Source: an uncultured Candidatus Saccharibacteria bacterium
GTDB taxonomy: Bacteria; Patescibacteriota; Minisyncoccia; Minisyncoccales; JANBVM01
Length of the DNA stretch: 64,000 nt
Direction: 5' to 3'
NCBI GenBank assembly: GCA_964450805.1
Contig: CAYVDD010000001.1
Location: 457,288 to 521,287 of the forward strand
Shown here: positions 33,074 through 42,011 of the stretch, in pieces
Layout: each line of letters starts with the position of its first letter
Position numbering within the stretch: the stretch's first letter is position 1
Program-made: the position numbers and the translations under genes
Notes under the pieces: model-generated
The model's database searches: none
What the model saw: the letters and a program-made list of their open reading frames with translations, nothing else
Told to the model about the DNA's origin: nothing

Positions 33074-33835
33074 CTAGACATTTCTGAAATCATTATTTGC
33101 TCCAGATCTAACAGGAATCGGAGGAGTTTCTTTTTGAAGCTCCATCTTCTTTGCCACTATGAAAATATTCTGACGATTCCTTTTTCTGTTTTTAACAATC
33201 CCTGATTTTTTAATTTCAAACCCGGCTTCTTTAATTAATTCTTCTAATTCTTTTTTTGAAAACCAGTGATAATATCTTTCAGACTTTTTTCCCCAAGGCT
33301 CAAAAAAATCTTTCCAGTCTAACTTTGATTTTCCAATTATCTTTAAAAGTGTATATTTAAGTAATAAAAGCCATTCTTTTATCTGATGAAATCTCCAGAC
33401 AGTTAAAATTAGTAAACCGCCTGATTTTAAAACCCTTTTTGATTCATTTAAAAATTTAAGTCTTAATTCTTTGGAAGGAATATGGTGCAATACTGCAATG
33501 CTGTAAATATCATTGAAATAATTATCAGAAAAAGAAAGATTTAAAGCATCTTCAACTCTAAAATCTGCTTCAGGATACATGTCTTTTGAAATTTCAATTA
33601 AATCTTTAGAACTGTCAACGCCAATATATTCAACAGACTTTTCTTTAAAAAGAGGATAATATCTTGCGTTACCACAGCCCAAATCTAATACCTTGTCTCC
33701 TGGAATCAAATAATTGTCAAATAAAAACCTGGTTTCCTGCCAAATATTTTGTCTTGTTGTTGAAAAGTCATCAGCAATCAGGTTATAATCTTCTCTAGTT
33801 TTAACTAGTAAATAATTAGCGTATTCTGGTTTCAT
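33074..33835 (-). CDS. class I SAM-dependent methyltransferase, Trm9/ALKBH8-MT-like
   Basis: Contains DDFSTTRQNIW, VLDLGCGNARY, SIAVLHHIP and GGLLILTVW, all Trm9-like. The start is trimmed to MKPEY (ATG at 33835) because the longer ORF overlaps the elp3 start. Confidence 0.6.
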   Translation of the reverse strand: MKPEYANYLLVKTREDYNLIADDFSTTRQNIWQETRFLFDNYLIPGDKVLDLGCGNARYYPLFKEKSVEYIGVDSSKDLIEISKDMYPEADFRVEDALNLSFSDNYFNDIYSIAVLHHIPSKELRLKFLNESKRVLKSGGLLILTVWRFHQIKEWLLLLKYTLLKIIGKSKLDWKDFFEPWGKKSERYYHWFSKKELEELIKEAGFEIKKSGIVKNRKRNRQNIFIVAKKMELQKETPPIPVRSGANNDFRNV

Positions 33836-33836
33836 A

Positions 33837-35414
33837 ATGAAATATAATAAACTAACAATGAAAAAATTAATAATTAAAGATTTAATTAAAAAGGGGATTA
33901 AAAATTCTTCTGATTTAGCTGCCTTTAAAAGACAGGTTTCAAAAAAATACAAAATTCCCTGCCCAAGCAATATCCAATTATTACAAGTTTATCATGAACT
34001 ATTAAAGAAAAAAAGTATTAAAAAATCAGCCCAAATTGAATATTTTTTAAAAACCAGGCCAGTACGCTCTCTTTCAGGAATTGTAAATATTTCACTTTTA
34101 ACAAAACCATATCCTTGTCCAGGAGAATGTGTTTATTGTCCTTTAGAGCAAGGTTTTCCAAAAAGTTATTTATCAGGAGAACCAGCAGCAGAAAGAGCTA
34201 AAAACTTAAATTATAATCCTTATACTCAAGTACAACAGCGTATAAAAATGCTTGAATCTGGAGGTCATCCAACTGATAAAATTGATTTAAGAATAATTGG
34301 TGGAACCTGGTCATATTATCAAACAAGTTATCAAACCAGATTTATAAAAAGGTGTTTTGATGCCTGCAATAATAAAACAAGTAAAAACCTGATTGAAGCT
34401 CAAAAAAGAAATGAAAAAGTAAAACACAGGATTATTGGAATATCAATCGAAACAAGGCCTGATTTTATAAATGAACTTGAGATAAAAAGACTGAGAAATC
34501 TAGGAGTTACAAAAGTAGAGCTTGGAGTCCAAAGCATTTATAATAATGTTTTAAAAATGAATTTAAGAGGGCATAAAGTTGAAACTACTATTAAAGCTAC
34601 TAAACTTTTAAAAAACGCTGGTTTTAAAATATCTTATCAAATAATGCCTAACTTACTTGGTTCAACCCCTAAAAAAGACATTGAAATGATTAAAACTATT
34701 TTTTCTGATGAGAACTTCAAACCAGATTTAATTAAAATATATCCCTGTGCTTTAGTAAAAGAAGCTCCTTTGTATAAATTATATTTGAAAGGAAAATACA
34801 AGCCATATTCTTTAAAAGTTTTAATTAAAGTGCTCTCTGAATCTAAAAAGAAAATTCCATACTATGTTAGAGTTGAAAGAATCATTAGAGATATTCCCTC
34901 CCCAAGAATTATTAAAGGACCCGTTAAAATGTCTAATTTAAGGGAAATTGTTAAAAAAGAAATGAAAGAAAAAAAATGGAAGTGTAAATGCATTAGGTGC
35001 AGGGAAATTAAAGAAAAGTATGATTCTAAAGAAAAAATATATCTTTTTAGAGAAGATTATAATGCTTCAGGCGGGAAAGAAATATTTTTAAGTTTTGAGA
35101 ATAAAAAAAGAAATAAGCTATACAGTTTATTGAGATTAAGAATTCCCTCAAAGGATAAGCCTGTTTTTAATATCTTAAAAAACTCTGCGATTATAAGAGA
35201 AATCCATACTTATGGACAGCTTGTTCCAATCTCAGAGAAAAAAACAGCGCCACAGCATAAAGGTTTAGGAAAAAAATTAATAAAAGAAGCTGAAAAAATA
35301 GCTGAAAAAGAATTTGGCATAAAAAAAATCGCTGTTATTTCAGGCGTGGGCGCAAGAAATTACTGGCGCAAGCTCAATTATAAATTAAAAGATAATTATA
35401 TGGTTTTCCGGTAA
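33837..35414 (+). CDS. elp3: Elp3-family radical SAM/GNAT tRNA U34 carboxymethyl-uridine synthase homologue
   Basis: 525 aa with the radical SAM motif CPGECVYCP, IIGGTWS, RVELGVQS-like VELGVQSIY, and a C-terminal GNAT region (HKGLGKKLIKEAEKIA). Confidence 0.85.
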   Translation: MKYNKLTMKKLIIKDLIKKGIKNSSDLAAFKRQVSKKYKIPCPSNIQLLQVYHELLKKKSIKKSAQIEYFLKTRPVRSLSGIVNISLLTKPYPCPGECVYCPLEQGFPKSYLSGEPAAERAKNLNYNPYTQVQQRIKMLESGGHPTDKIDLRIIGGTWSYYQTSYQTRFIKRCFDACNNKTSKNLIEAQKRNEKVKHRIIGISIETRPDFINELEIKRLRNLGVTKVELGVQSIYNNVLKMNLRGHKVETTIKATKLLKNAGFKISYQIMPNLLGSTPKKDIEMIKTIFSDENFKPDLIKIYPCALVKEAPLYKLYLKGKYKPYSLKVLIKVLSESKKKIPYYVRVERIIRDIPSPRIIKGPVKMSNLREIVKKEMKEKKWKCKCIRCREIKEKYDSKEKIYLFREDYNASGGKEIFLSFENKKRNKLYSLLRLRIPSKDKPVFNILKNSAIIREIHTYGQLVPISEKKTAPQHKGLGKKLIKEAEKIAEKEFGIKKIAVISGVGARNYWRKLNYKLKDNYMVFR

Positions 35415-35506
35415 GTAATTATAGCAAATAAGACAAACTTGCTATAACTATCTACTTATCATAATTTTACTCTTTACAGAATTTTTAATTTTGAGTATTC
35501 TGAATT

Positions 35507-36262
35507 ATGTTTTTAATATTATTTATCAATAAAATACTTTCTTTTTTCAAATTTAAATTATCAAGAGTCAAAAATCCTATTCCAAAGGAATTTGTTGAAA
35601 AATTTCAAAAAGACTTTATTTATTTGAAAAAGAACAATTCTGATTTAATCATTTTAAAAAAGCTTCGATATGAAATAGGGGATCATCCAGAAAATATCCA
35701 TAATTATGAATGCAGTTTTGCATCTTGTCTTATTAATCAATTAAAGCCCCAAAAAATTCTGGATATCGGCTCATATAGAAAATTTATTTTGGGAATGTTA
35801 TCTCATTATCAGGTAACAACAATAGATATAAGAAAAAGGAAAATAACCTTGCCTAATGAGACTATAATTACTTGTGATGCTAAAAGTTTAAATCTTCCTG
35901 ATGATGAATTTGATATTGTAATATCCTTATGTTCAATAGAACATTTTGGTCTTGGCAGGTATGGGGATGAAATTGATTTGAATGCTGATAAAAAGGCTTT
36001 TAAAGAATTGATTAGGGTTTTAAAACCAAATGGGCATATTATTTTCACTGTTCCAATAACGAATGATAAATCATTTCTTCTTTTTAATGCCTCAAGAGTT
36101 TATGATTATAAGACGATAAAGAATCTTTGCAATAATTTAACTTTAGTAGAAGAAAAGTTTTATAATTATCGTACTAAAAATTTCTGTTCCTTTAACGGTT
36201 TATCTGCTTCTTCAAAAGAATATCGCAATGTATATTTTGGTTGTTGGAAAAAAAAGAGGTAA
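35507..36262 (+). CDS. SAM-dependent methyltransferase-like protein (DUF268-like)
   Basis: 251 aa with ILDIGSY..., DIVISLCSIEHFGLGRYGD and LKPNGHIIFTVP. Confidence 0.45.
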   Translation: MFLILFINKILSFFKFKLSRVKNPIPKEFVEKFQKDFIYLKKNNSDLIILKKLRYEIGDHPENIHNYECSFASCLINQLKPQKILDIGSYRKFILGMLSHYQVTTIDIRKRKITLPNETIITCDAKSLNLPDDEFDIVISLCSIEHFGLGRYGDEIDLNADKKAFKELIRVLKPNGHIIFTVPITNDKSFLLFNASRVYDYKTIKNLCNNLTLVEEKFYNYRTKNFCSFNGLSASSKEYRNVYFGCWKKKR

Positions 36263-36268
36263 GTATAT

Positions 36269-36291
36269 GGTTCGAATCCCTTCACGCCCGA
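36269..36291 (+). other. tRNA 3'-end-like fragment without a 5' half
   Basis: GGTTCGAATCCCTTCACGCCCGA starts 7 nt after the stop at 36260-36262. It is enclosed by the inverted repeat GTAAGT (36259-36264) / ACTTAC (36292-36297). The upstream sequence cannot form acceptor, D or anticodon arms. Confidence 0.4.
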
Positions 36292-36314
36292 ACTTACATT
36301 TTTTTGAATACTGC

Positions 36315-36342
36315 TTAACACAAGACCTTGTAGTGTTATAAT
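36315..36342 (+). promoter_or_regulatory. sigma70-type promoter with extended -10
   Basis: Reads TTAACA (36315-36320), N16, with TGtTATAAT at 36334-36342. Confidence 0.5.
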
Positions 36343-36348
36343 GAAACT

Positions 36349-36520
36349 GTAGCTAACAGTTATAAGTTCATAAACCATTGAACTTGGAACTTTCCGTAGT
36401 AGTCTTCTTTGAGGTTCTTCGAAGGCCTCAAGGTTTCTCGACCTTTTCTTAAAGTCTGTTTCTTTATTCAGACAAGACTATTACAACTCGTCAAAATCCC
36501 CTTTGAAGGATTTTGTTTTA
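36349..36520 (+). ncRNA. candidate ~170-nt structured sRNA (family unknown)
   Basis: It lies between the promoter above and the terminator AAAATCC-N8-GGATTTT-GTTTT (36493-36520). Hairpins include AACTGT/ACAGTT, AAGTTCA/TGAACTT, TTGAGG/CCTCAA and GTCTG/CAGAC. A long-range helix GTAGTAGTCTT/AAGACTATTAC is also possible. Confidence 0.4.
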
Positions 36521-36597
36521 CTTGGTTTGCTTATACAGTCGCAGGTTTTCCACTTTCCATTAAATCAAGCAAATATAATCTAGAAAAACTCTTAATA

Positions 36598-36627
36598 ATA
36601 AAAACTTTCCACGTTGAAACAGGAAAG
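36598..36627 (-). terminator. intrinsic terminator of the minus-strand NIF3 operon
   Basis: The minus strand reads CTTTCC-N11-GGAAAG-TTTTT about 15 nt after the stop at 36645. Confidence 0.5.
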
Positions 36628-36644
36628 AAGTAGAGTCGGACAAG

Positions 36645-36842
36645 TTATTTTTCCTTGCTTAACTTCAATATCTCTTTGTCTGGATAATGAGGAGCTATTT
36701 TTTTAATTTTTTTAAAAATCTCTTCCTTATCTTGCTTGTTTTTTGCTTCAAGATATTTTGCTTTTAGATTTTTAATCTTTTGTTTTCTTTTTCTCTTAGC
36801 CATTATTCGAAATTGTCTTCTTTTACTAGAAACTTTACTCAT
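36645..36842 (-). CDS. small lysine-rich basic protein
   Basis: 65 aa. It overlaps the NIF3 3' end by 8 nt, suggesting translational coupling. Confidence 0.4.
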   Translation of the reverse strand: MSKVSSKRRQFRIMAKRKRKQKIKNLKAKYLEAKNKQDKEEIFKKIKKIAPHYPDKEILKLSKEK

Positions 36843-37794
36843 ATTTATTAATTCGTGAAATCCTTACTAAACCTGAACAAGGAACCACTTCAATCCCTTT
36901 TTCTTCTAATTTATCTAAAAACAAATTAATACCCAAAGAATCTGAACTCATATGACCAGCAATAACAACATTAACATTAGCTGCTTCAGCTTCTTTTTTA
37001 TGTTCTTCTGAAATATGCATTCCAATTACTGTTCCAATTCCAACTATAGCCATTTTTTCGTAAAGTTTAGGCGAGCCTTCAGTGCCGCCAGTTATTTCAG
37101 TAAGAGCTATTTTCCCACAACGATTTTCCTTATTTCCAGCAAAAATTTTAGGTCCTGCTCCTATTTTAACTGCCTCTCTGTATTCTGGAATCATTTTTAG
37201 AAACTCAATCAAATCTTCTATTCTTGTTAAATCGCTTCTTGCTTCAATTTTATCTTTCAAAAATCTAGCTGCTAAATTATCGCAGGCTGTATGAAGACAT
37301 ATTAAATTAAAACCTAAAAGTTTAGCAGTATCAATTGTTCTTTGGTGATTTAGTTTATTAACGCCACGGGCAACTTCTGAAATTTTTTCTTTCATTAAAC
37401 CTTCAGCAATATTAATCGGCACTCCATACATATTTAAAATATCGCACTGGAGACTCATTACATCGTGCAAATTAACCAAAGCTTTGCCTAAAGGATGATG
37501 AGAAATAATTAAATCAATATTGCCGAGCTCTTTAGCTAATAAAATCTCGGCTGGTTCAATATCAATACCAATTAAAATTCTTTTTATTTCTTTGTCCTGG
37601 CTGATATTTAAGATTCGGGAGTCAGAATAAGGATTTTTCAGAATTTCTTTGTCAAAAAACTCTTTTTCTTTTTCCGATAATTTTTCATATTTTCTTTTTT
37701 TTCTCTCTAAAAGATTTTCAACAGCTTTTCTGCCCCTAAAATCAGCATCTATACCCATATTAATTGCCAGATTATATATTTCTTGAATTTTCAT
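36835..37794 (-). CDS. NIF3-family dinuclear-metal-centre protein
   Basis: 319 aa with DLIISHHPL and ICLHTACDN..., plus a C-terminal VIAGHMSSD. Confidence 0.7.
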   Translation of the reverse strand: MKIQEIYNLAINMGIDADFRGRKAVENLLERKKRKYEKLSEKEKEFFDKEILKNPYSDSRILNISQDKEIKRILIGIDIEPAEILLAKELGNIDLIISHHPLGKALVNLHDVMSLQCDILNMYGVPINIAEGLMKEKISEVARGVNKLNHQRTIDTAKLLGFNLICLHTACDNLAARFLKDKIEARSDLTRIEDLIEFLKMIPEYREAVKIGAGPKIFAGNKENRCGKIALTEITGGTEGSPKLYEKMAIVGIGTVIGMHISEEHKKEAEAANVNVVIAGHMSSDSLGINLFLDKLEEKGIEVVPCSGLVRISRINKYE

Positions 37795-37961
37795 AATTTA
37801 TTATTTTTTGAATTTTCCTTTGAAATATTGTTTTTAAAAAATTGCTGGTATAACTTTTTAATCAATTCTTCCTGCTTTTTAATATCAAAAAACTGGCGCC
37901 GAATCCTGGCTTTTTCTCTCCGAATATATTTCTTTACTGACTTTGGCAACTTGCTTTTCAT
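37791..37961 (-). CDS. small basic protein (56 aa, below ORF-track cutoff)
   Basis: ATG at 37961-37959 gives MKSKLPKSVKKYIRREKARIRRQFFDIKKQEELIKKLYQQFFKNNISKENSKNNKL. Its TGA overlaps the NIF3 ATG (an ATGA junction). Confidence 0.4.
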   Translation of the reverse strand: MKSKLPKSVKKYIRREKARIRRQFFDIKKQEELIKKLYQQFFKNNISKENSKNNKL

Positions 37962-38022
37962 AAAACAAAAAACAATTTAACAATTCAAAAATATTAGAAT
38001 TTAGTGTTTTTCCCATTTTTAG

Positions 38023-39462
38023 CTATTCACCTTTAATTACAGCTAAAGGCACTAATTTTGCTACTTTCTTTGACAAACCAGCATTGTGGACTACATCAAC
38101 AACACTATGTATGTCTTTATAGGCCAAAGGAGCTTCTTCAGCAATTCCTCTTGAGCTCCAGCATTTAACAGTAATTCCTTTTTGTTTTAACTCTTTTACT
38201 ACATTTTGTCCAGAAACAGTTCTTGTTGCCTGTTTTCTTGACATTATTCTGCCAGCGCCATGACAAACACTGTGCCAAGCTTCTCTAGAATCTCTGGTTC
38301 CGGCTAAAATATATGATGATGTTCCCATACTCCCTGGCACTAATACAGGCTGTCCGCTCTCTTGATATATCTTAGGAATTTCAGGATGATTCGGGGGGAA
38401 AGCTCTGGTTGCTCCTTTTCGATGCATAATTAATTTTGTTTTTTTACCATTAATTTTGTGCTCCTCAATCTTGGCAATATTATGAGCAACATCATAAAGA
38501 AGACGCAGATTTTGTTTTTCTCCCAATATCTTTTTCCATACCTCTCTTATATGAAAAGTTATCATCTGACGATTAGCCCAAGCATAATTTGCGCCAGCGC
38601 ACATTGCTTTAAAAAATCTCTGTCCTTCTGGAGAATTGAAAGGAACGCATGATAACTCTTTATCTGGAACCTTAATGTTATACTTTGACATGGCTTGAGC
38701 TGTTACTCTTAAATAATCAGAACAATTTTGATGACCAAGTCCTCTTGAGCCAGTGTGAATCATTACTACTACTTGATTTTTAAACAATCCAAAGGTTTTA
38801 GCTATTTGTTTGTCAAAAATTTCTATTACTCTCTGCACTTCACAAAAATGATTGCCACTACCAAGAGTGCCAACCTGATTTCTTCCTCTGTTTTTAGCCC
38901 TGTCAGAAACAAAAGAAGAATCTGCTTGTTCTAATTTCCCTCTAGATTCGCAATTTTCAATATCTTGTTTATTACCATGTCCTTGTTCAACTAAATATTG
39001 AACCCCTCCTTCTAAAATTTTATTAATTTGAGCAATACTTAATTTAATTTTCCTCCCTTGTCCCAAACCTGACGGAATCTGCATTTGAATTTCTACAGCA
39101 ATCTTTTCTAAATGATCTTTTACTTCTTCGTAAGTTAAATTAGATATCAATAATCTAACGCCGCAGTTCTGGTCGAAACCTATTCCAGAAGGTGAAATTA
39201 CTCCGTCTGGAAACTTAGTTGCAGCCACACCACCAATAACAAACCCATAGCCAGTATGAATGTCAGGCATAGCTAAAGAATATTTAACGATTCCAGGTAA
39301 AGATGCGACGTTAATAACTTGTTCTAAAGCACCAGGCTCTACAGTTTTTAATATCTCTTTTGAGATATAAATTCTAGCTGGAACACGCATGTCAGATCTA
39401 AAATTTTTAGGTATCTCCCATATCCAGTCTGATATCTTTTTAAAATTATCTTTTAATACCAT
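38023..39462 (-). CDS. rtcB: RNA 3'-phosphate/2',3'-cyclic phosphate ligase RtcB
   Basis: 479 aa with MPDIHTGYGF, GFDQNCGVR, GSGNHF, HTGSRGLGHQ and HGAGR. Confidence 0.95.
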   Translation of the reverse strand: MVLKDNFKKISDWIWEIPKNFRSDMRVPARIYISKEILKTVEPGALEQVINVASLPGIVKYSLAMPDIHTGYGFVIGGVAATKFPDGVISPSGIGFDQNCGVRLLISNLTYEEVKDHLEKIAVEIQMQIPSGLGQGRKIKLSIAQINKILEGGVQYLVEQGHGNKQDIENCESRGKLEQADSSFVSDRAKNRGRNQVGTLGSGNHFCEVQRVIEIFDKQIAKTFGLFKNQVVVMIHTGSRGLGHQNCSDYLRVTAQAMSKYNIKVPDKELSCVPFNSPEGQRFFKAMCAGANYAWANRQMITFHIREVWKKILGEKQNLRLLYDVAHNIAKIEEHKINGKKTKLIMHRKGATRAFPPNHPEIPKIYQESGQPVLVPGSMGTSSYILAGTRDSREAWHSVCHGAGRIMSRKQATRTVSGQNVVKELKQKGITVKCWSSRGIAEEAPLAYKDIHSVVDVVHNAGLSKKVAKLVPLAVIKGE

Positions 39463-40723
39463 AATTTAATTTTTCAAACTCCTCTTTTACTATTTTTCTA
39501 TCATCCCAAGGAATCTTCTTGCCTTTCTCTATACATATCCATGGTTCACAACCTTTGCCAGTAATTATAACTAAATCATTAGACTCTGCTTGTTTTAAGG
39601 CTTCACTAATGGCTTTTCTTCTATCTAATATTTTCTTCACTTTTTTATCTGCACCCTCTGCCACCTGGCTAATAATCTCTTCTGGGTTCTCATCATAAGG
39701 GTCTTCATTTGTAATGATAATATTATCACAATATTTTGCTGCAATTTCCCCTAAAATAGGTCTTTTCCACTTATCTCTTCCTCCGCCAGCTGCACCTAGA
39801 ATACAAATCATTTTAAGAGGATTAAAATTGTTTTTAATTGAACTGTAAACCTTTTCAAGAGCATTAGGAGTAAAAGCATAATCAACAATAACCCTAAAAG
39901 GTGATGCAACAACTATTTCCATTCTGCCTGGTATATATTTTATCTTTTCTAAAGCTTTTTTACACACTTTTAAACTAATATCCTCTGACAAACCAACACA
40001 GATTGCTGCTAGGGCGTTATAGATATTGAACTTACCAATAAGATTAAGTTTAAAATCAATATTATTAACTTTAAAAATAGTGCTGTTTGAATTGGCTTCA
40101 TAGTTTGTAGCAACCAACTGACGATCAATATCCTTATTAGCTGTCAGACCATAGCCGTATTTTTTATCAGATTTATACTTTAAAAAATAATTAATATTTT
40201 CATCATCAGTGTTCAGAATATGTACGCCTTTTGTAATCTTGAAAAGTTCTTCTTTTGCTTGACGATATTTTTCGAAAGAGCCGTGCGCTTCAATATGTTC
40301 TGGGCTAAGATTTGTAAAAACTGCTGAGCTGAAATCAATAAATCTGTGGCGGTGCTGTTTTATACCTTCTGAAGTAACCTCTATAACAGCATACTGACAC
40401 TTTGAATCAACTGCTTGTTTTAAAAGTTTCTGCAAAGTAAAACGCCCTGGCATTGTCATTTTAAGCATGTTTGTTTCTTCTTTGCCAGCTATTCTGAATT
40501 TAATTGATGACAAAGCAGCTGTTTTGAAACCAGCTTCTTCTAAAATACTGGATGTCATCTCAACCACAGTTGACTTGCCGTTAGTCCCTGTAACTCCAAC
40601 TATTTTTAGTTTCTTAGAAGGAAAACCATAAATCAAAGCTGCTAAAAAAGCAAGGGAAAAGTGATACCAATTTAATAGAAAGGAAGGAATGATTTTTTTA
40701 ATAATTTGCTTCATTTTTCTCAT
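39446..40723 (-). CDS. Mur ligase family protein (MurE-like, short N-terminus)
   Basis: Contains VGVTGTNGKSTV, FTNLSPEHIEAHGS, GKFNIYNALAAICVG, and the C-terminal domain segment DYAFTPNALE. Confidence 0.7.
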   Translation of the reverse strand: MRKMKQIIKKIIPSFLLNWYHFSLAFLAALIYGFPSKKLKIVGVTGTNGKSTVVEMTSSILEEAGFKTAALSSIKFRIAGKEETNMLKMTMPGRFTLQKLLKQAVDSKCQYAVIEVTSEGIKQHRHRFIDFSSAVFTNLSPEHIEAHGSFEKYRQAKEELFKITKGVHILNTDDENINYFLKYKSDKKYGYGLTANKDIDRQLVATNYEANSNSTIFKVNNIDFKLNLIGKFNIYNALAAICVGLSEDISLKVCKKALEKIKYIPGRMEIVVASPFRVIVDYAFTPNALEKVYSSIKNNFNPLKMICILGAAGGGRDKWKRPILGEIAAKYCDNIIITNEDPYDENPEEIISQVAEGADKKVKKILDRRKAISEALKQAESNDLVIITGKGCEPWICIEKGKKIPWDDRKIVKEEFEKLNYGIKR

Positions 40724-40810
40724 TTTTACATAAATTTAAGAAATTACAACAAATATTGAAAGCCTTGATTTAATAATAAAAATAATTTAGAATACACATA
40801 CTCTAATATT

Positions 40811-41080
40811 ATGCCGATCAAAAAAGCTGCTAAAAAAGCTCTGAGACAGAGCGAAAAAAGAAGAGTGAGAAATAGGGCTCAAAAACAAAAAATGAGAAGT
40901 CTTTTAAAAAAGATTAAGCTTTTAATTTCTGAGAATAAGAATGATGAAGCTAAAAAAGCTCTGCCCAAAGTATATAAAGCTTTAGACAAAGCAGCTAAAG
41001 TTAATTTAATCAAAAAAAACACTGCCTCAAGAATTAAATCAAGAATTACAAAATCACTTGCCAAACCTAAATCTCAGTAA
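40811..41080 (+). CDS. rpsT: 30S ribosomal protein S20
   Basis: 89 aa with PIKKAAKKALRQSEKRRVRNRAQK...HKNTASR-like IKKNTASRIKSR. Confidence 0.9.
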   Translation: MPIKKAAKKALRQSEKRRVRNRAQKQKMRSLLKKIKLLISENKNDEAKKALPKVYKALDKAAKVNLIKKNTASRIKSRITKSLAKPKSQ

Positions 41081-42011
41081 TTAATAAATCTAAAGATGTT
41101 TCAGGGTCAGACTTTCCTGTTTTAATGCTAAAATCTATCTTGAATGTTTTCTGGTAGATTTTTTTTAGTTCTGAAAATTCAAATTTCCCCGCTAAAACAC
41201 AGCTTTTTCTGACAACAAAAGGATGAAGCCCTGATAAATTACAAGGAAGGTTTTTAATCAACAAATCTTTAATAACCAGCAAATTCCTGAATTGGTAATT
41301 AATCATTGAGAATAAATAAAATGGATTATCTCCTTTTTCCAGATGTTCTCTTAAAAGCTTTAATGCTCTTTTTTTATCTTTTGAAGCTATAGCATCAATT
41401 GTTTTAAAGATATTTGGCTCAACTTTTGGCTTTATCAAAAGCTCAATATCAGCTGTTGTAATTATCCCGCCATTCTTGTAATGAACGAGTTTCTGAATCT
41501 CATTAACTATCTGCCAGGGATTATTATCAACAAAACTAATAAATTTATCTAAAGCTTGCCTTTCGATTTTAGCCCTGCGAGACTTAAACTCCTTTTCCAT
41601 CCAATTTTTTAATTCCAATCCCTCTAAAAGATTGAATTCTTGAGATTTGGCATTTTTTATTAAAAATTTAAACAAAGCATCTTTTTTTAGAATTTTAGCT
41701 CTTTCATAAAAAACAAAAATACTGTCAAAATCAACAAAGTCTTTCCCTTTTTTAATAAAATCTTTCTTAAAATCAGTATTTAGAAAAGCATCCATTAAAA
41801 CTAGTAATTTCTTTTCTTTAAAAATAGAGGTTTGTTTTGTTTCATCTTCAATGCTTTTAAGAGTTATTTTTTTTGCATCAATATATTTTAAACTCAATCC
41901 AGTTTTATGGATCTTTCTATACTCATTAATAATCTGCTTTAATTTCTTGGAAGACCTATAAGTATCTAAACCGTAAAGAAAAATAATCATAGTTTTTGAC
42001 ATTTTGGACAA
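41067..42011 (-). CDS. holA: DNA polymerase III delta subunit
   Basis: 314 aa with the layout typical of HolA (IFLYGLDTY..., C-terminal helical domain). It lies next to mutM and rpsT. Confidence 0.65.
   Translation of the reverse strand: MSKMSKTMIIFLYGLDTYRSSKKLKQIINEYRKIHKTGLSLKYIDAKKITLKSIEDETKQTSIFKEKKLLVLMDAFLNTDFKKDFIKKGKDFVDFDSIFVFYERAKILKKDALFKFLIKNAKSQEFNLLEGLELKNWMEKEFKSRRAKIERQALDKFISFVDNNPWQIVNEIQKLVHYKNGGIITTADIELLIKPKVEPNIFKTIDAIASKDKKRALKLLREHLEKGDNPFYLFSMINYQFRNLLVIKDLLIKNLPCNLSGLHPFVVRKSCVLAGKFEFSELKKIYQKTFKIDFSIKTGKSDPETSLDLLITEI

Noticed and set aside
33836-33970. 45-codon N-terminal extension of the Trm9-like methyltransferase ORF
   Set aside because: It overlaps the Elp3 coding start on the other strand and reads as a hydrophobic shadow of an AT-rich sequence. 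The methyltransferase fold begins after the Met at 33835.
41987-41989. Alternative genetic code (UGA recoded, as in some candidate phyla)
   Set aside because: Well-supported genes terminate at TGA at the expected protein ends (for example mutM at 41987-41989). Long ORFs are intact under the standard code.
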